A stretch of 64,000 bases of DNA, taken from Octopus sinensis. Taxonomy: Eukaryota. Location of the stretch: contig NC_042999.1 in assembly GCF_006345805.1 (NCBI RefSeq), forward strand, positions 41,478,001 through 41,542,000. The letters are read 5' to 3'. Of this stretch, positions 1 through 12,695 are shown piece after piece (within the stretch, counting starts at the first letter, position 1; each line of letters begins with the position of its first letter). The notes beneath the pieces were generated by a model, which ran no database searches, had not been told where the DNA came from, and saw only the letters and a program-made list of their open reading frames with translations. Made by a program: the position numbers and the translations under genes.

Positions 1-165
1 ATTATTATTATTATTATCATTATTATATTATTATTATCATTATTATTATTATTATTGAGGGTCGATTAAAGTACTAGTTGAATACTAGGTTCCATGGTAT
101 CGACTAGCACGCTTCCTCTCCAAATTGATGGACTTCTACATAAATCAGAAATCACTATCACCGCC

Positions 166-304
166 ATTCTTCTTCTTCTTCTTCTTCTTCTTCTTCTTCT
201 TCTTCTTCTTCTTCTTCTTTTCTTCTTCTTCTTCTTCTTCTTCTTCTTCTTCTTTTTCTTCTTCTTCCATTTCTTTTTCTTGTTATTGTTGTTGTTGTTG
301 TTGC

Positions 305-364
<60 letters not shown>

Positions 365-375
365 CATTATTATTA

Positions 376-410
<35 letters not shown>
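166..410. repeat. Compound microsatellite (CTT)n-(GTT)n-(ATT)n
   Basis: Direct reading; explains the low-complexity ORFs at 94-468, 125-463 and 158-379. Confidence 0.98.
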
Positions 411-530
411 GTTATTTCAAATTCGACCGAGGTCTTTGCCTTTCATCCTTTCAGTCTCGATAAATTAAGTACGCGTGGGGTCGATGTTATCGACTACCAC
501 CTCTCCCAAATTTGTACCTTTACTAGAAAC

Positions 531-531
<1 letters not shown>
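411..531 (+). mobile_element. 3' half of a tRNA-derived SINE (family S1b, ATT tail)
   Basis: Shares the core gaggtc..tttgcctttcatcctttc..gataaattaagtac..ggggtcgat with copies at 13587, 38330 and 60270; ends in (ATT)n. Confidence 0.8.
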
Positions 532-595
<64 letters not shown>

Positions 596-599
<4 letters not shown>

Positions 600-990
600 A
601 GAAAGAAAACTCAGGTTTGGTCTTATCCCTGGTAGTAGTTATGTGGGTAGGTGTCCAAACGCTTTTGGCAGTCTTTCAAGTATTTCGAACTCTCCTGATA
701 ATCCGTGCTGTCCCTAAGAGGCAAACTTTTTGGAGGGCATTCAATTTCAGTCTCCTTCAGCCATTTGTCTATATCTTGGTTTACTGTTCCCTATTCACTA
801 ATCATTATAGGCACGACTTTTATTGTTCGCATACTCCAAATTCTTTCTCTTTCTTATTTTAATGAATGGTATTTTTTTTGTGCGTGTGTTTTTTTTTTCC
901 TGCCTCTTTGTTTACGATCCTAGAATCAAATCGGCACGATGTATTGATAAGTAAGCTACTTCGCTTTACCTTGTCGATAATCGTTATTGT
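596..990 (-). mobile_element. R4/Dong-type LINE 3' end: decayed REL endonuclease plus 3' UTR
   Basis: Minus strand reads TITIIDK..LLINTSCRFDSRIV..KY..IWSMRTIKVVPIMIS, with frameshifts; homologous to 6160-6790; 3' end runs into (TAA)n at 531-596. Confidence 0.8.
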
Positions 991-993
991 AAT

Positions 994-1398
994 ACTTTTA
1001 CTCTTTTACTCTTTTCCTTGTTTCAGTCATTTGACTGTGGCTATGCTGGAGCACCGCCTTCAGTCGAGCAAATCGACCACAGGACTTATTCTTTGTATGC
1101 CCAGTACTTATTCTATCGGTCTCTTTTGCCGAACCGCGAAGTTACGGGGACGTAAACACACCAGCATCGGGGTGTTTGTTGTGGGGAACAAACACAGACA
1201 CACAAACATATACACAAACATGCATATATATACATATATACGACGGGCTTCTTTCAGTTTCCGTCTACCAAATCCACTCACGCGGCTTTGGTCGGCCCGA
1301 GGCTATAGTAGAAAACACTTGCCCAAGGTGCCATGCAATGGGACTGAATCTGGAACTATGTGGTTGGTAAACAAGCTACTTACCACACAGTTACTCCT
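994..1398 (-). mobile_element. tRNA-derived SINE, family S2 (about 400 bp, internal TA/TG microsatellite)
   Basis: Reverse complement of the unit at 36475, 62975 etc.; tail gcggtgctccagcatagccacagtcaaatgactgaaac. Confidence 0.9.
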
Positions 1399-1599
1399 AC
1401 GCCACTCCTATAATAATAATCTATTATTTTCTAACTTCTTGTCGGTTTGAATAGGAAAGTGCCTCTTCCATCCTGGTCTCTCCTCAAGTACGGCTGGTTG
1501 ATATCAGCTATCGGTTGGTGGGCTCCATACATCGTCAAAAACTTACTAGATTTTCTGTCAAGTTTCTTTCTATTGTTTCTGGTCCACTCCATAATTTCA

Positions 1600-1906
1600 G
1601 TCGATGCATATGGCTTAGTGGTTAGAGCAGCGGACTCGTGGTCGAGAGATCGCGGGTTCGAATCTCAGACCGGGAGATATGTGTGTTTATGAGTGAAACA
1701 TCAAAGCTCCACGCGGCTCCGGCAGAAAGTAATGGCGAACATCTGCTGACTCTTTCGCCACAACTTTCTCTCACTCTTTCCTCCTGCATCTTGCAGCTCA
1801 CCTGCGACGGACCGGCATCCCGTCCAGGTGGGGAACCTATACGCCAAGGAAACCGGGAAACCGACCCTTATGAGCAAGGCATGGCTCGAGAAGGAACAAA
1901 CAACAA
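1600..1906 (+). mobile_element. tRNA-derived SINE with V-domain-like tail and 11-bp TSD
   Basis: A box tggcttagtgg, B box ggttcgaatct; TSD ccataatttca at 1589-1599 and 1907-1917; tail cctgcgacggaccggcatcccgtccag resembles the V-SINE domain (recalled, not searched). Confidence 0.88.
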
Positions 1907-2514
1907 CCATAATTTCAACTCCATATCTGGTTAAGGGTACTACTCTTCAATTTATTGCTTCAATAAGAGTTTTTGAATTCAGCTTTGACTACAATAATTT
2001 TCTGACTCTCCTTGAGTACTCCCCACTGGTAATCTGTATCATTTCTTTATTTTTTTTTATCTCAGCTGCTTCCAGTATTCCCAAGTTCCTATATCACTGT
2101 CCTTTCTCAACTGCTCTCATCCTTTACCTATTTGGCATTTCAATTCCCTAGGTTCTTTCAAATATTCTTTATTTCATTTCCACTATAGCGCACTTTTCTA
2201 TTCCAAATTCCATACATACATCCATTGAGAAAATGCGGATTGCATGTACAAGTCTTCCAAGCTGTTTCTCGTTTTTCGCATAAATCTTTATATCATCCAT
2301 AAAAAGGAGATGATTTATCTGACCATTTTCTTTTCCCAAATCGTAAACAATTTTAACATTTCGTAGTATCACAGTGAGTGGAGTCATGGCCAGTACGATT
2401 AGTAATGGGGATAAGCTATCATATTAGAATATTCCACGTCTTATGTTCACTTTTCCGAGTTTTTGTTTTCCTCCGATCAATTCAGTATTCCAATGTTTTA
2501 TACTTTCATTAGGC

Positions 2515-2899
2515 GTGGAGGCGCAATGGCCCAGTGGTTAGGGCAGCGGACTTGCGTTAGTAGGATCGCGGTTTCGATTTCCAGACCGGGCGTTGTGAGT
2601 GTTTATTGAGCGAAAACACCTAAAAGCTCCACGAGACTCCGGCAGAGGATGGTGGTGATCCCTGCTGTACTCTTTCACCACAACTTTCTCTCACTCTTAC
2701 TTCCTGTTTCTGTTGTACTTGTATTTCAAAGGGCCGGCCTTGTCACTCTCTGTGTCACGCTGAATATCTCCGAGAACTGCGTTAAGGGTACGCGTGTCTG
2801 TGGAGTGCTCAGCCACTTACACGTTAATTTCACGAGCAGGCTGTTCCGTTGATTCGGATCAACCGGAACCCTCATCGTCGTAACCGACGGAGTGCTTCC
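2515..2899 (+). mobile_element. Full-length tRNA-derived SINE with 15-bp TSD
   Basis: A box tggcccagtgg, B-box-like ggtttcgatttcc; TSD atactttcattaggc at 2500-2514 and 2900-2914; near-identical copy at 49915-50294. Confidence 0.95.
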
Positions 2900-3236
2900 A
2901 TACTTTCATTAGGCATTTTTCTCCATATTTTTGTTGCTATTCCAAACATGCCCATTGTTTTCCTTATCCTTCTTTGTGGTACCAAGTCATATATATTTTT
3001 TTAAATCTAGCCATGCTACATTCAGTCCCGTCAATCTGCGTATACAATTTCTAATTATTATTTTATCAACTAATAAGTGATTTTTCGTTGCTCTACTTTG
3101 GTTCCTGCATCCTTTATGTCCTTCCGGAGTAGATCGTTACTTTCCAGATTGTTGTCTAACTCTTCCGCCAAGACACATTTTATTGCAACAACACAATTGC
3201 ATTCAGAAATTCAAAAATTCAGTGACGTGCATATCA

Positions 3237-3273
<37 letters not shown>

Positions 3274-3324
3274 CAGGATATATATATACATACATACATA
3301 TATATATATATATTGTTTTTTCTC

Positions 3325-4620
3325 CTAACAGTAATTACAAATAGAACAGGTTGAATTGCTACTTTTCAAGGCAGCGAATTGTCCAAATTGCATTCTTCTG
3401 CACAGCAAAGATAGGCGTTTCCGTCTCCAAATCCAAGTCACTTTTTTTGTAGCCATCACCACCTTCCATTGGTGTTTGTATTCCTGCGCACATCTCTCTC
3501 GAACCGTCCTCAGATAACGTCTCCTCTCCATGCTTTCCTGACTACTTTCAATGCAAATATGCGTTCGGATTGTAACAGAAATTCTCATTTGAATCAGCAG
3601 GGTTATCTGGCAGGCTTGAGACACCACCAAAATATATTTTCTTTTTCTGAACATATAATGGCGGTGCCCCAGCATGGCCACAGCTCATGAGCTGAAACTA
3701 GAATCAATCAATCAATCATATACAATATTCACAACTGATTAGCCCCCTCTTATTGTGTGCCTGATTAGAACATGACCTGTTAATATTGCTGTTGATTAGG
3801 AAGGTTCCGTGCAGTGAGAGTAGTTTTCCGATTTTCATTCAAGCCTCTGTAACACTTCTTTCCTCCAGTGAATAATACCTACATCATACATCAGTAATAT
3901 AATCACCCATGTATCAATTGCTTGAAATTCATCGATTCCATTCAGTTTTCTACCGCATCACCAGCCTACAACCTCGGAGATACTCTTGCGTTAAACTTTT
4001 CTTCATTTCTTCTTTCATCACTCTATAATTTTCTAATATACACTATATCGTCAATTTTGCTTTTTGATTTTATTCCTGGTGGCAATTCTGTATCTGCAAG
4101 TCCTTTAACTTTCTCTCTCTTCAGAAATGTTACTGCACATTTTTCAGACTAAATTCCACATTAAATATCCTTGCTATAGCAATGACCTGTGTTCGCTAAA
4201 GAAGAGACTTGCATTTTGTCTTCACAATATGGCATATGGCTTGAAGTCATCCATAAAGAATAGACAGCGAGTATTTTGCTGTTTGCCTTTAAACTCATGT
4301 GTAGTTGTTACTTTTCCTAGCAGCAATATTAAAGGAATTATGTATAAAACAAGTAAATACACTGTCTTCTTGAAAAATCCCATTCGATGCTTAACCTTCC
4401 TAGATTCTGTCCGTATGATGTGAGTTCAGTCTTTTAATTTCCGATAGTTTTCCTCAAAAAGCTTTTAACATTCCTTGAAATCCCGAACTTTCACATTAGC
4501 ATGTGGTATCATAACATAAACCTTGCGGTAATCTGTCCATACCATTGTTAAATCTGTTTTACTTAGCTTCCAGTTTGGGTCGTGGCTACAATATTCTTTT
4601 TCTCTCTATTTTCTGCACAT
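3325..4620 (-). mobile_element. Decayed R4/Dong RT-to-CCHC region (copy 2)
   Basis: Minus-strand motifs TDLTMVWTDYRKVYVMIPH, RGIFQEDS, FFMDDFK and KKSDLDLETETPIFAVQKNAI..CSIC; a short plus-strand SINE tail is inserted near 3660-3720. Confidence 0.75.
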
Positions 4621-4749
4621 TTTAGAATTCTTTTTTGAATTTATAATTATCATTTATCCTTACAAACATTTCTGTTACTTTGCTCTTGTGTAAAATCATA
4701 TTACTGTGTGCAGTAATTTTCGTTTACTTTATGTTCTTTATTACATTCA

Positions 4750-5820
4750 TCAGCTTGTCTTTGATTGTTTTTACGTATCTTTTTATCTCACTGTAGTAGT
4801 TTACAGTAGTTATTTATTTATATCAAGATGTGGAAAAAGGATGATTTGACTATATGAAGTTTTATGTTGACGGCTTCGTAATTTAGTCAGTAGTTACCTT
4901 GTTTTTTTCCAAACCTCTCAATGCACTTATCTACCATTTCATTACCTTGAATCTAGATTTTATAACTGGGTCATCTAACGTGTTTATCTCATTCCTGTCA
5001 TTAAGTTCAACTTTTAATGTCATAATCAAACGTTTGTGAGGAAATATTTACTAATTTCTGCCCTTATCTCTTTGAGTTGTCTCGTATCAATTTTCATCTA
5101 TGTCTAAGACTTTGTATAGAAGGTTCTGGTCTAATTCTCTGATTTCGATCTCTGTACCTAATTAATTGTTTTCAGTTTTAGAACATTTACCTTTTATGTT
5201 AACTGTGACATATCTCGTCTAATAGCACAATCACTTTTGCATTTTATTTGCGTTGTTTGCTCCACCAAACAATTTTTCGAATGTTTTCTATTCTATATTA
5301 TCTTTTCTTACTATTTCAAAGTCATCTCTACGAAGAACATTACTTACAGCTTCTTTATAGCCTTTACTGGCATAAATATTTGTGGCTTAACTTAAAAGAT
5401 TTTTTTATGGATCCAGAATTAAGCAGCGAGTTTCCCTAGAACGTTACAAATCTTATGGCTGTAGGACGAGTTAAAATCCTCTTCGCATTGCAGTAATACG
5501 GTCGTTTTGCGAATTTAACTTATCCCGGTTGATATATGATGATGGTATCAAAGTCGGTACATCTATACTATTTATCCCTGGTATCCTAGAGTGCAGTATG
5601 TTATCAAATACTTTTCTGGGATGCATTCAGTATTTAGCACACTGGTAAGTTTCGTTTTCTTCATTTTCTTTTACAGTATTCTGCTGCTTAGTTATATATT
5701 GTTTTCTGACATCCTTTCTAATTCTCCGGTCATATGCCATTGATCTTCAGATGACTTACCAAAATGTAGTAGAGAATGGGTTATAGTGTTGATAAGCAAG
5801 TTATAACGCCATAACATATT
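4750..5820 (-). mobile_element. Decayed R4/Dong RT region (copy 3)
   Basis: YGVITCLSTL..HLKINGI.PE.KGCQK (5700-5820) and IRELDQNLLYKVLDIDEN..LKVELNDRNEINTLDDPVI (4950-5150), with many stops. Confidence 0.65.
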
Positions 5821-5859
5821 ATTTTTGGCGGTTATTCTTTGCTTTTAGAATGTATTTGG

Positions 5860-5959
5860 AAACAACAACAATAATAGTAGTAGTAGTAGTATAGTAGTAG
5901 TAGTAGTAGTAGCAGCAGCAGCAGTAGTGGTGGTGGTGGTGGTGGTGGTGGTGGCGATG

Positions 5960-5995
<36 letters not shown>

Positions 5996-6057
5996 TAGTA
6001 GCAGCAGCAGTAGTAGTAGTAGCAGCAGTAGTGGTGGCGGTGGTGGTGGTGGTGGTG

Positions 6058-6108
<51 letters not shown>

Positions 6109-6150
6109 ATAGTAGTAGTAGTAGTAGTAGTAGTAATTATTATTATTATT
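5860..6150. repeat. Compound microsatellite (TAG)n/(CAG)n/(TGG)n/(ATT)n
   Basis: Direct reading. Confidence 0.97.
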
Positions 6151-6159
6151 GGCCCATGA

Positions 6160-6790
6160 AAAATATAAGAAATGGAGGCATGAGCAAGCTGTAAACGTTA
6201 TGCACTGGAAACTGTACTAGAAAGAGGGGATTTGAAAGCTGCAAACACATGGTACAATCATCGAGTTGAAATCGTAATAGAGTCGGAGAAATGTAAGATT
6301 TTGTAGGACTTTCCTATAGAAGCAGGCAAGATATTAGAAATTTAATTAACCAGACATAACGGTTATAGATAAGGGAAAACAATGTTGCTTACTTATCGAC
6401 CCATCACACCCATTTGATTCCAGGATTGTAAAGAAAGAGGAAGGAAAGCAAAAAAAAAATACAGTCCCTTAAAATATAAAATAGGAAGAGTTTGGAGCCT
6501 GCGAAAAGTAAAGGTCGTGCCTATAATAATTATTGCATTAAGGATATATTGCATTAAGGATATTGCATTAAGCCAAGATATAGATAAATGGCAGGGCAGA
6601 AGGAAATAGAATGCCTTGTAGAGCTCCAACAGAAAGTTTGTCTCTTAGGGGCAGCAAGGATTATCATGAGGGTTCTAAGCACTTGAAAGACTGCTGAAAG
6701 CGTGTGGATACATAAGGTTACAGGTTGTAATCCGCTAGTCGTATAATTTCTACCAGGAATAAAAGCGAACCTGAGCCATACCAAAATGAT
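6160..6790 (+). mobile_element. R4/Dong REL endonuclease and 3' UTR, decayed
   Basis: YKKWRHEQAVNVMHWKL..WYNHRVEIVIESEKCKIL*DF..PDITVIDK..LLID..KVVPIII..QKVCLLGAARIIMRVLST*. Confidence 0.85.
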
Positions 6791-7282
6791 AATTGAATGA
6801 TTTCACTTATTTGCCACAAGGAGGAAGGATGAGGAGGACAATATAAAGACACACATAAAGTGTAGGGGTTTACGTATAATACAAGGGTCTTTAAAAAATG
6901 AGAGAAAGAAAGAAAGTATACATAGTATACACTGAAAAAGAAGGGACATGTGCATAGCATACAAAGGTTTAAAAAAAGTGGCGAGAAAGATGATAGAAAT
7001 GTTGCCCTCCTGATAGAAGAAGGCATCTAGGGATAATCGAGGAACCCCACTGTCCGAGATTTCCCTGAAACCCCAGATGCAAGTTCCCTCTCCAATTCTT
7101 TCTCTCCGACACACAGGTCTGCAGTTAGAGAGGTACCATCCACACTTGCCATTTTCGCAAATTTCAATAAACTCGCTCGAGGACAGCACCCTCCCTCTAC
7201 ACTCTCAATTTCCTTTTCATGTGAAACTTAAATAAGGATATTAATAATAATAATAATGATAATAATAATGATGATAATGATA

Positions 7283-7334
<52 letters not shown>

Positions 7335-7388
7335 GGGTTATGATGATGATAACGACATTAATAATAATAATAATGATAATAATAATAA

Positions 7389-9211
7389 CAAAAAAGGGAC
7401 TCATGAAAACCAAAGACATCCCCATTAGAAGAGGAATATTCCAGGGAGACACGCTCTCTCCACTCCTTTTCTGCTTGGCACTGTCACCTCTATCTGATAT
7501 GCTAAATAGAACTGGATGCGGATATAAATGTTACAGCAAAACGATCAGCCACCTTTTATATATGGATGACCTAAAACTATACACTGCAAATGACAAACAG
7601 CTGGAAACACTATTAAAGACAGTTCATGGATTTACCAAAGAAATAGATATGAAATTTGGATTAGAAAAATGCGCCAAAGTAACCATGAAAAGAAGAAAAC
7701 TAGTTAAGAGTAACAACATCACACTAGATAAAACCAATGAAATAAAAGAATTAGACCAAAGCCAAACTTACAAATACTTAGGAATCCATGAAGTAGATAA
7801 GACACAACACACACAAATGAAAGAGAAAATAAAAAAAGAATATTATAGACGAGTTAGATCAATACTAAAAACAGAGCTCAATGCTAAAAACAAGATAATA
7901 GGTATCAACACTTTAGCTGTCCCAGTTATAAGTTACAGCAACAATATCCTTAACTGGACACGAAATGAACTGTCCAAAATACATAGGAAAACAAGAAAAA
8001 TAATGACAGGATCTAGGATGCATCACCCAAAATCTGACATAGAAAGACTATATATACAACGTAAAGAAGGTGGTAGAGGCCTTATACAGCTGGAAAACTA
8101 CTATAAAATAACCACCATAGGACTGCAAAAATATCTACTTCAGAAGGAAGGAAAACTGATCCAGATAGCAGCAAAACACGAGCAAAACAAAAAACTGTTC
8201 TCAGTATTTAAGGAAGCTGACAAATACAAACAAGAAATCATACCACCTAATAAACACGAGAAGAAGAAGATGATGATGAAACAACAAAAGCTATAAAACA
8301 AATGAAATCCAAACTAAAAATAGAACAGCAACGAACCATGATAAAACGATGGCAAGAAAAGCCCCTTCATGGTAAATACTGGACTAAACTAAACGCAAAA
8401 GAAATAGACAAAGAAAAATCCCAGCAATGGTTGAGAAGCTCAGGACTCAAAGCAGAAACAGAGGGATTTTTAATTGCAGCACAAGACCAAAGCCTCCCCA
8501 CCAGAAATCACCAAAAACATGTAATGAAAAGAAATATTACAAGTAACTGCAGAATATGTGGAGATGGACAAGAAACAATAAATCATATTATCTCTAGCTG
8601 CCCAGTCCTGGCTAAGAAGGAATATATTCACAGACATAACAGAGTTGGAACCTACATACATTAGAAGCTATGCCAACACTATGGAATAACAACAGAAAAA
8701 AGATGGTATAGGCACACACCAGAAAAGGTCACAGAAAACGAGAAAGCAACCATACTCTGGGATATGCCGATACACACAGATAGAGAAATTAAGGCCAACA
8801 GAGCAGATATAGTTGTCAGAGATCATGAAGAAAAAAAATGCTTTCTAATTGATGTATCAATACCGGCAGATGACAACGTGTGTCTAAAAGAAATGGAGAA
8901 ACTCTCAAAATACAAAGACCTGGAAATAGAGGTAACTAGAATGTGGAATCTGAAAACAGAAACAATTCCTATCATAGTAGGTGCATTAGGCATGATAAAA
9001 AAATATTCAGACAAATACATAACAAAAACACCAGGACTTACAAACACATATAACATACAGAAAATTGCACTACTAGGCACTGCACACATCCTACGCAGAA
9101 CACTTTCCATACAATAACCATCAGAGCATCACAACAAATCACAGCACATACCCAAGGCACACAGAGCTGCGCTTGGTAGTGAAGTGAAAACACGCTATAA
9201 AAATAAAACTA

Positions 9212-9214
<3 letters not shown>
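7389..9214 (+). mobile_element. 5'-truncated R4/Dong LINE, family A: RT C-half, CCHC, REL, 3' UTR; young pseudogene
   Basis: RRGIFQGDTLSPLLF, HLLYMDDLKLY, GGRGLIQLE, CRICGDGQETINHIISSC, RADIVV..LIDVSIP..EKLSKYKDL; one frameshift near 8296 and one in-frame TAG at 8662-8664; (TAA)n on both sides. Confidence 0.97.
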
Positions 9215-9286
<72 letters not shown>

Positions 9287-9291
<5 letters not shown>

Positions 9292-10253
9292 GCGCACGAG
9301 CAATTGGCTGATAGGTGGGAGGAGAAACCTCTGCACGGCAAATATGTGACCCGCAGCAAACAAGCTGATGTTGACCAGAAGCAAACCCATCAGTGGCTAC
9401 GGAGCTCAGGGCTAAAAGCAGAAAGCGAAGCGAATGTTTATCCTGGCTGCTCAAGATCAAAGCTATTAACCCGGAACTACCAGGCCAATGTGATGAAAAA
9501 TGGAGCAGACCCAAAATGCCGATTCTGCAACGACATGATTGAAACAGTGGACCACCTAATCTCTGGATGTAAAGTCTTAGCTCCAGTGGAGTATAAATTA
9601 AGACATGACAGAGTTGGCCAATATCTACAGTGGCTAATAAGTCGGCATTACAATATCAAAACTGCCGACAAGTGGTATAATCACCACCCTGAGGCTGTAA
9701 CTGAAGGAGAAAATGTAACGATTCTGTGGGACTTTCCAGTACATACAGACCGAACCATCAAGGCCAATAAACCAGATATTGTTGTGAAAGACCAAAACAA
9801 TAAAGTTTGCTTATTGATCGACATGAGCATCCCCTGTGATCATAATATCTCAGCGAAAGAGTTTGACAAGCTCAGAAAATATAGACCTACTCATTGAAAT
9901 TGAGAAAAATGTGCATCTCAAGGCGGTTACAATACCAGTGATCGTAGGAGCACTAGGAATGATCAAGAAGGGAACCGAAAATTATATGAGAATGATCCCT
10001 GGCTTACCATCCCTGCAAGAAGTGCAAAAGATTGTCTTAACTGGTACATCACACGTATTGAGAAGAGCATTGTCGATGTGAGAACTGTTGCTGCTCATGT
10101 ATTTTAATTTAACGTAAAAAAAAAAAAAAAAATGAACGATCTATTGAGTTTGGTTTAATGGCCTACCAATGTATACTATGAGTTTCTTTGCCCTAGGAGT
10201 CGAGAAGACACTCGGCAAGAAATGGAAGCAAATTTGAAAGAAGAAAAAAAAAG
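9287..10253 (+). mobile_element. 5'-truncated R4/Dong LINE, family B: CCHC, REL, 3' UTR
   Basis: WEEKPLHGKY, CRFCNDMIETVDHLISGC, KPDIVV..LIDMSIP; family B 3' UTR; (TAA)n flanks. Confidence 0.96.
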
Positions 10254-10292
10254 TAATAATAATAATAATAATAAAAATAATAATAATAATAG

Positions 10293-10620
10293 CAACAAGA
10301 GTGCTCAGAGAGCACAAACCTTCGCCAAGGCAACTCCAACGTCCTCTCGACGATTAACCAGAGCTGATTTTTAAAATGAGATATCTGAAATAAACTCGGC
10401 TACTCTCACAGATGAGAATACTAAAAATGAACCCGACCATTCTCAAAAATTAAGTGAAAATAAAAACCAAGAAAAAATAATCCACAATCCTTGTCCAGTA
10501 CCAGCGCGATCCCAAAATCTTAACAGTTCGTTCCAGTCACGAGACCAAACGTCATCTGAATCCATTCAGCGGTTCTTGAAATATCTTGTCCACGGACAGA
10601 CAAATAAACACGACTGAAAA
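10293..10620 (-). mobile_element. Helentron-associated (HINE/DINE-1-like) non-autonomous element, one end lost
   Basis: Terminal hairpin GTGCTC-aga-GAGCAC (10301-10315) next to the subterminal motif accttcgccaagg; opposite end cacggacagacaaataaacacgactgaaaac resembles HINE consensus ends (from memory). Confidence 0.6.
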
Positions 10621-10641
10621 CAACAACAACAACAACAACAC

Positions 10642-10703
<62 letters not shown>

Positions 10704-10704
10704 T

Positions 10705-11126
10705 ATACCTCTTACCAAAATTTACTAGGCCAGAGTTCTTCAAAACGGTTCTGACCCTAAATGAAGATTCTGCGACACTTTTGACGAAGCAATGGACCAT
10801 CTCGTCTCGGAATATCCTGTGCTGACAAAAAATGAATACAAAAATCGCCACGATACATTAGGACAGTATTTACAATGGAAAATATGTAAACAATACAAAA
10901 TCAGCGCTCATGATTACTGGTACGAGCATCAACCTGAGCCAGTCGTTGAAGGTAAAAATGTCACTATCCGCTGGGATTTTCCAGTCGTCACTAACAGAAC
11001 GATCCAGGCTAACCGACCAGACATAATTATTAAGTAAATATAAGCAAATATAAGGATCTGGAAATTGAAACACAAAAGATGTAGCAACTTAAAGCGAGAA
11101 CTGTTCCAGTTATTGTAGGTGCTTTG
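10705..11126 (+). mobile_element. R4/Dong CCHC-REL fragment (further family)
   Basis: NGSDPK*RFCDTFDEAMDHLVS..RHDTLGQYLQWK..WDFPVVTNRTIQANRPDIII..VPVIVGAL; (TAA)n at its 5' side. Confidence 0.88.
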
Positions 11127-11845
11127 CAGGTGGGGTCCAGTTAGATTTTTCTTCCAGTAGAGTAGCCCATCCCGCTCAAAATGTCCCTAAAATAAGGGTT
11201 GTTTAAAGATGATGAACAAAACACTCATGTTTCCAAACAATTCCTCTCAACACATGGCTACGATGCTCCCCCACCAATACTGCTTTTAATCAGAGATGCA
11301 CATATCGTTAGTCACCAAGCGTCATGCTCATCTGGCTAAGGTCAAACAACTGACAAGCAAATCTGTGGTATTGAGCAGAATATTTGCTGTAGCCCATTTT
11401 TTATACCAAGACAAAACATGTACATGATAGAACTTCCAATCTGTATTACTATTGAGTGAGAGAGCAGTGCATGCTATCAAAATGACACTGGGGTACAAAT
11501 ATTGGAAGCCCAATAAACCCACCATGACTCATAAGGGGACACCAGGCACATGCATCACAACCACATGGTGATCTCATATCAGGATAAACAACGCATAACC
11601 TTGTGGGTGGGGCGCCGTTAGAATTTTCTTCAGGCTGAGTAGCTTATCCAACTCTAAAGGTACCTGAATGAGCCACCAAGGGTCATGCTCAACTGGCTAA
11701 GGTCAAACAAGTGACAAACAAATCTGTGGTATTAAACAGAAATATTTGCTGTAGCCCATCTTTTATACCAAGCCAAAACAATATACAGGGTAGCACTTCC
11801 AATCAGATAAGATCAAAAGCCATGAGTCACTGCCTGGTACTGTAT
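11127..11845 (-). mobile_element. Two tandem partial copies of a non-coding TAA-embedded repeat
   Basis: 11127-11440 and 11454-11845 both match 21193-21825; separated by tattactatt and followed by (ATC/ATT)n. Strand inferred from TAA polarity. Confidence 0.8.
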
Positions 11846-11891
11846 TTATCATCATCATCATCATTATTATTATTATTATTATTAATATTAA

Positions 11892-11963
<72 letters not shown>

Positions 11964-11964
11964 T

Positions 11965-12420
11965 AAAAGAAGAGTGCCATTGTTATCTAGTGAACGATAT
12001 TTCGACATCTTGTTTGTCTTCAATTTGTTATCTAGTGATCTTAATATTCTTAATTTCTTTAACGTCATCTTTGCTGCCGTATGTTATTGTAAAGTCTATG
12101 ATCTATCAATCTTTGCTCATTCGTCCACTCATTCATAGCTGGTCTCTGTGATTCAATAGCGCGATCTGCTTCTGTGTTAAAAAAAAATTCATAAAATCCC
12201 ATAATTATCATTGCCCATCACAATTTCTGGTTTGTTCACATAACGGTTTTCTTGAGATAAGTTTATACTTTCCTCAATTCAAGCTTTACTCAACTCAACT
12301 ATTCATTTTGTTAGACACATTGTCAAAATCCAGTGTGCCTAAATGTGTGTAGCCACTGTCATCAGATTTTAATCTGATGTCATCCTTCATGCAAAAAGAG
12401 AGCCATTTTTAAAATCTCTT
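11965..12420 (-). mobile_element. Old R4/Dong REL fragment
   Basis: Minus strand NKPEIVMGNDNY..LWDF..EADRAIESQRP..IDFTITYGSKDDVKEI and GYTHLGTLD, heavily decayed. Confidence 0.6.
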
Positions 12421-12494
12421 AATGATTAACCGTGTATTTCTATATACTAAACCCTATGACAGTATCATTGAAACACATGTTTTATTATAGTGGT

Positions 12495-12695
12495 TTAAAG
12501 TTTGGTACAAGGCCAGCAATTTCAATGGAGGTGGTAAGTCGATGACAATAGGGATTTAATTTGTCAATCCGGAAAGCATGAAAGGCAGAGTTGAGCACAG
12601 AGGAGTATGAACTCAGAGCGCAAAGACAGACGAAATTCTGCTAAAGCATTTTGCCGAGCGTTCTAACGATTCAGTCAGCGCGCCTCGTTCACCTG
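12495..12695 (-). mobile_element. Old SINE S1b
   Basis: Reverse complement of the S1b head, core and tail. Confidence 0.7.

Larger units (their letters stand above)
1440..3215 (-). mobile_element. Decayed R4/Dong RT region (copy 1), interrupted by two SINEs
   Basis: ORF 2169-2387 QINHLLFMDDIKIYAKNEKQL..MEFGIEKC; also YRNLGILE..EYSRRVRKLL.SKLN (about 1950-2100) and WTRN..KLDRKSSKFLTMYGAH..DGRG (1440-1600). Confidence 0.88.

Noticed and set aside
94-468. Long ORFs rich in poly-L/I/Y/F/M (also 7256 N-terminus, 11711, 15181, 19807, 23711, 47801, 49295, 50287 and others)
   Set aside because: They are translations of microsatellites, not genes.
1600-1680. tRNA-like heads (also 2515, 39793, 49915, 54083) as tRNA genes
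   Set aside because: They have A and B boxes but continue into SINE bodies, several with TSDs; no complete cloverleaf is evident.
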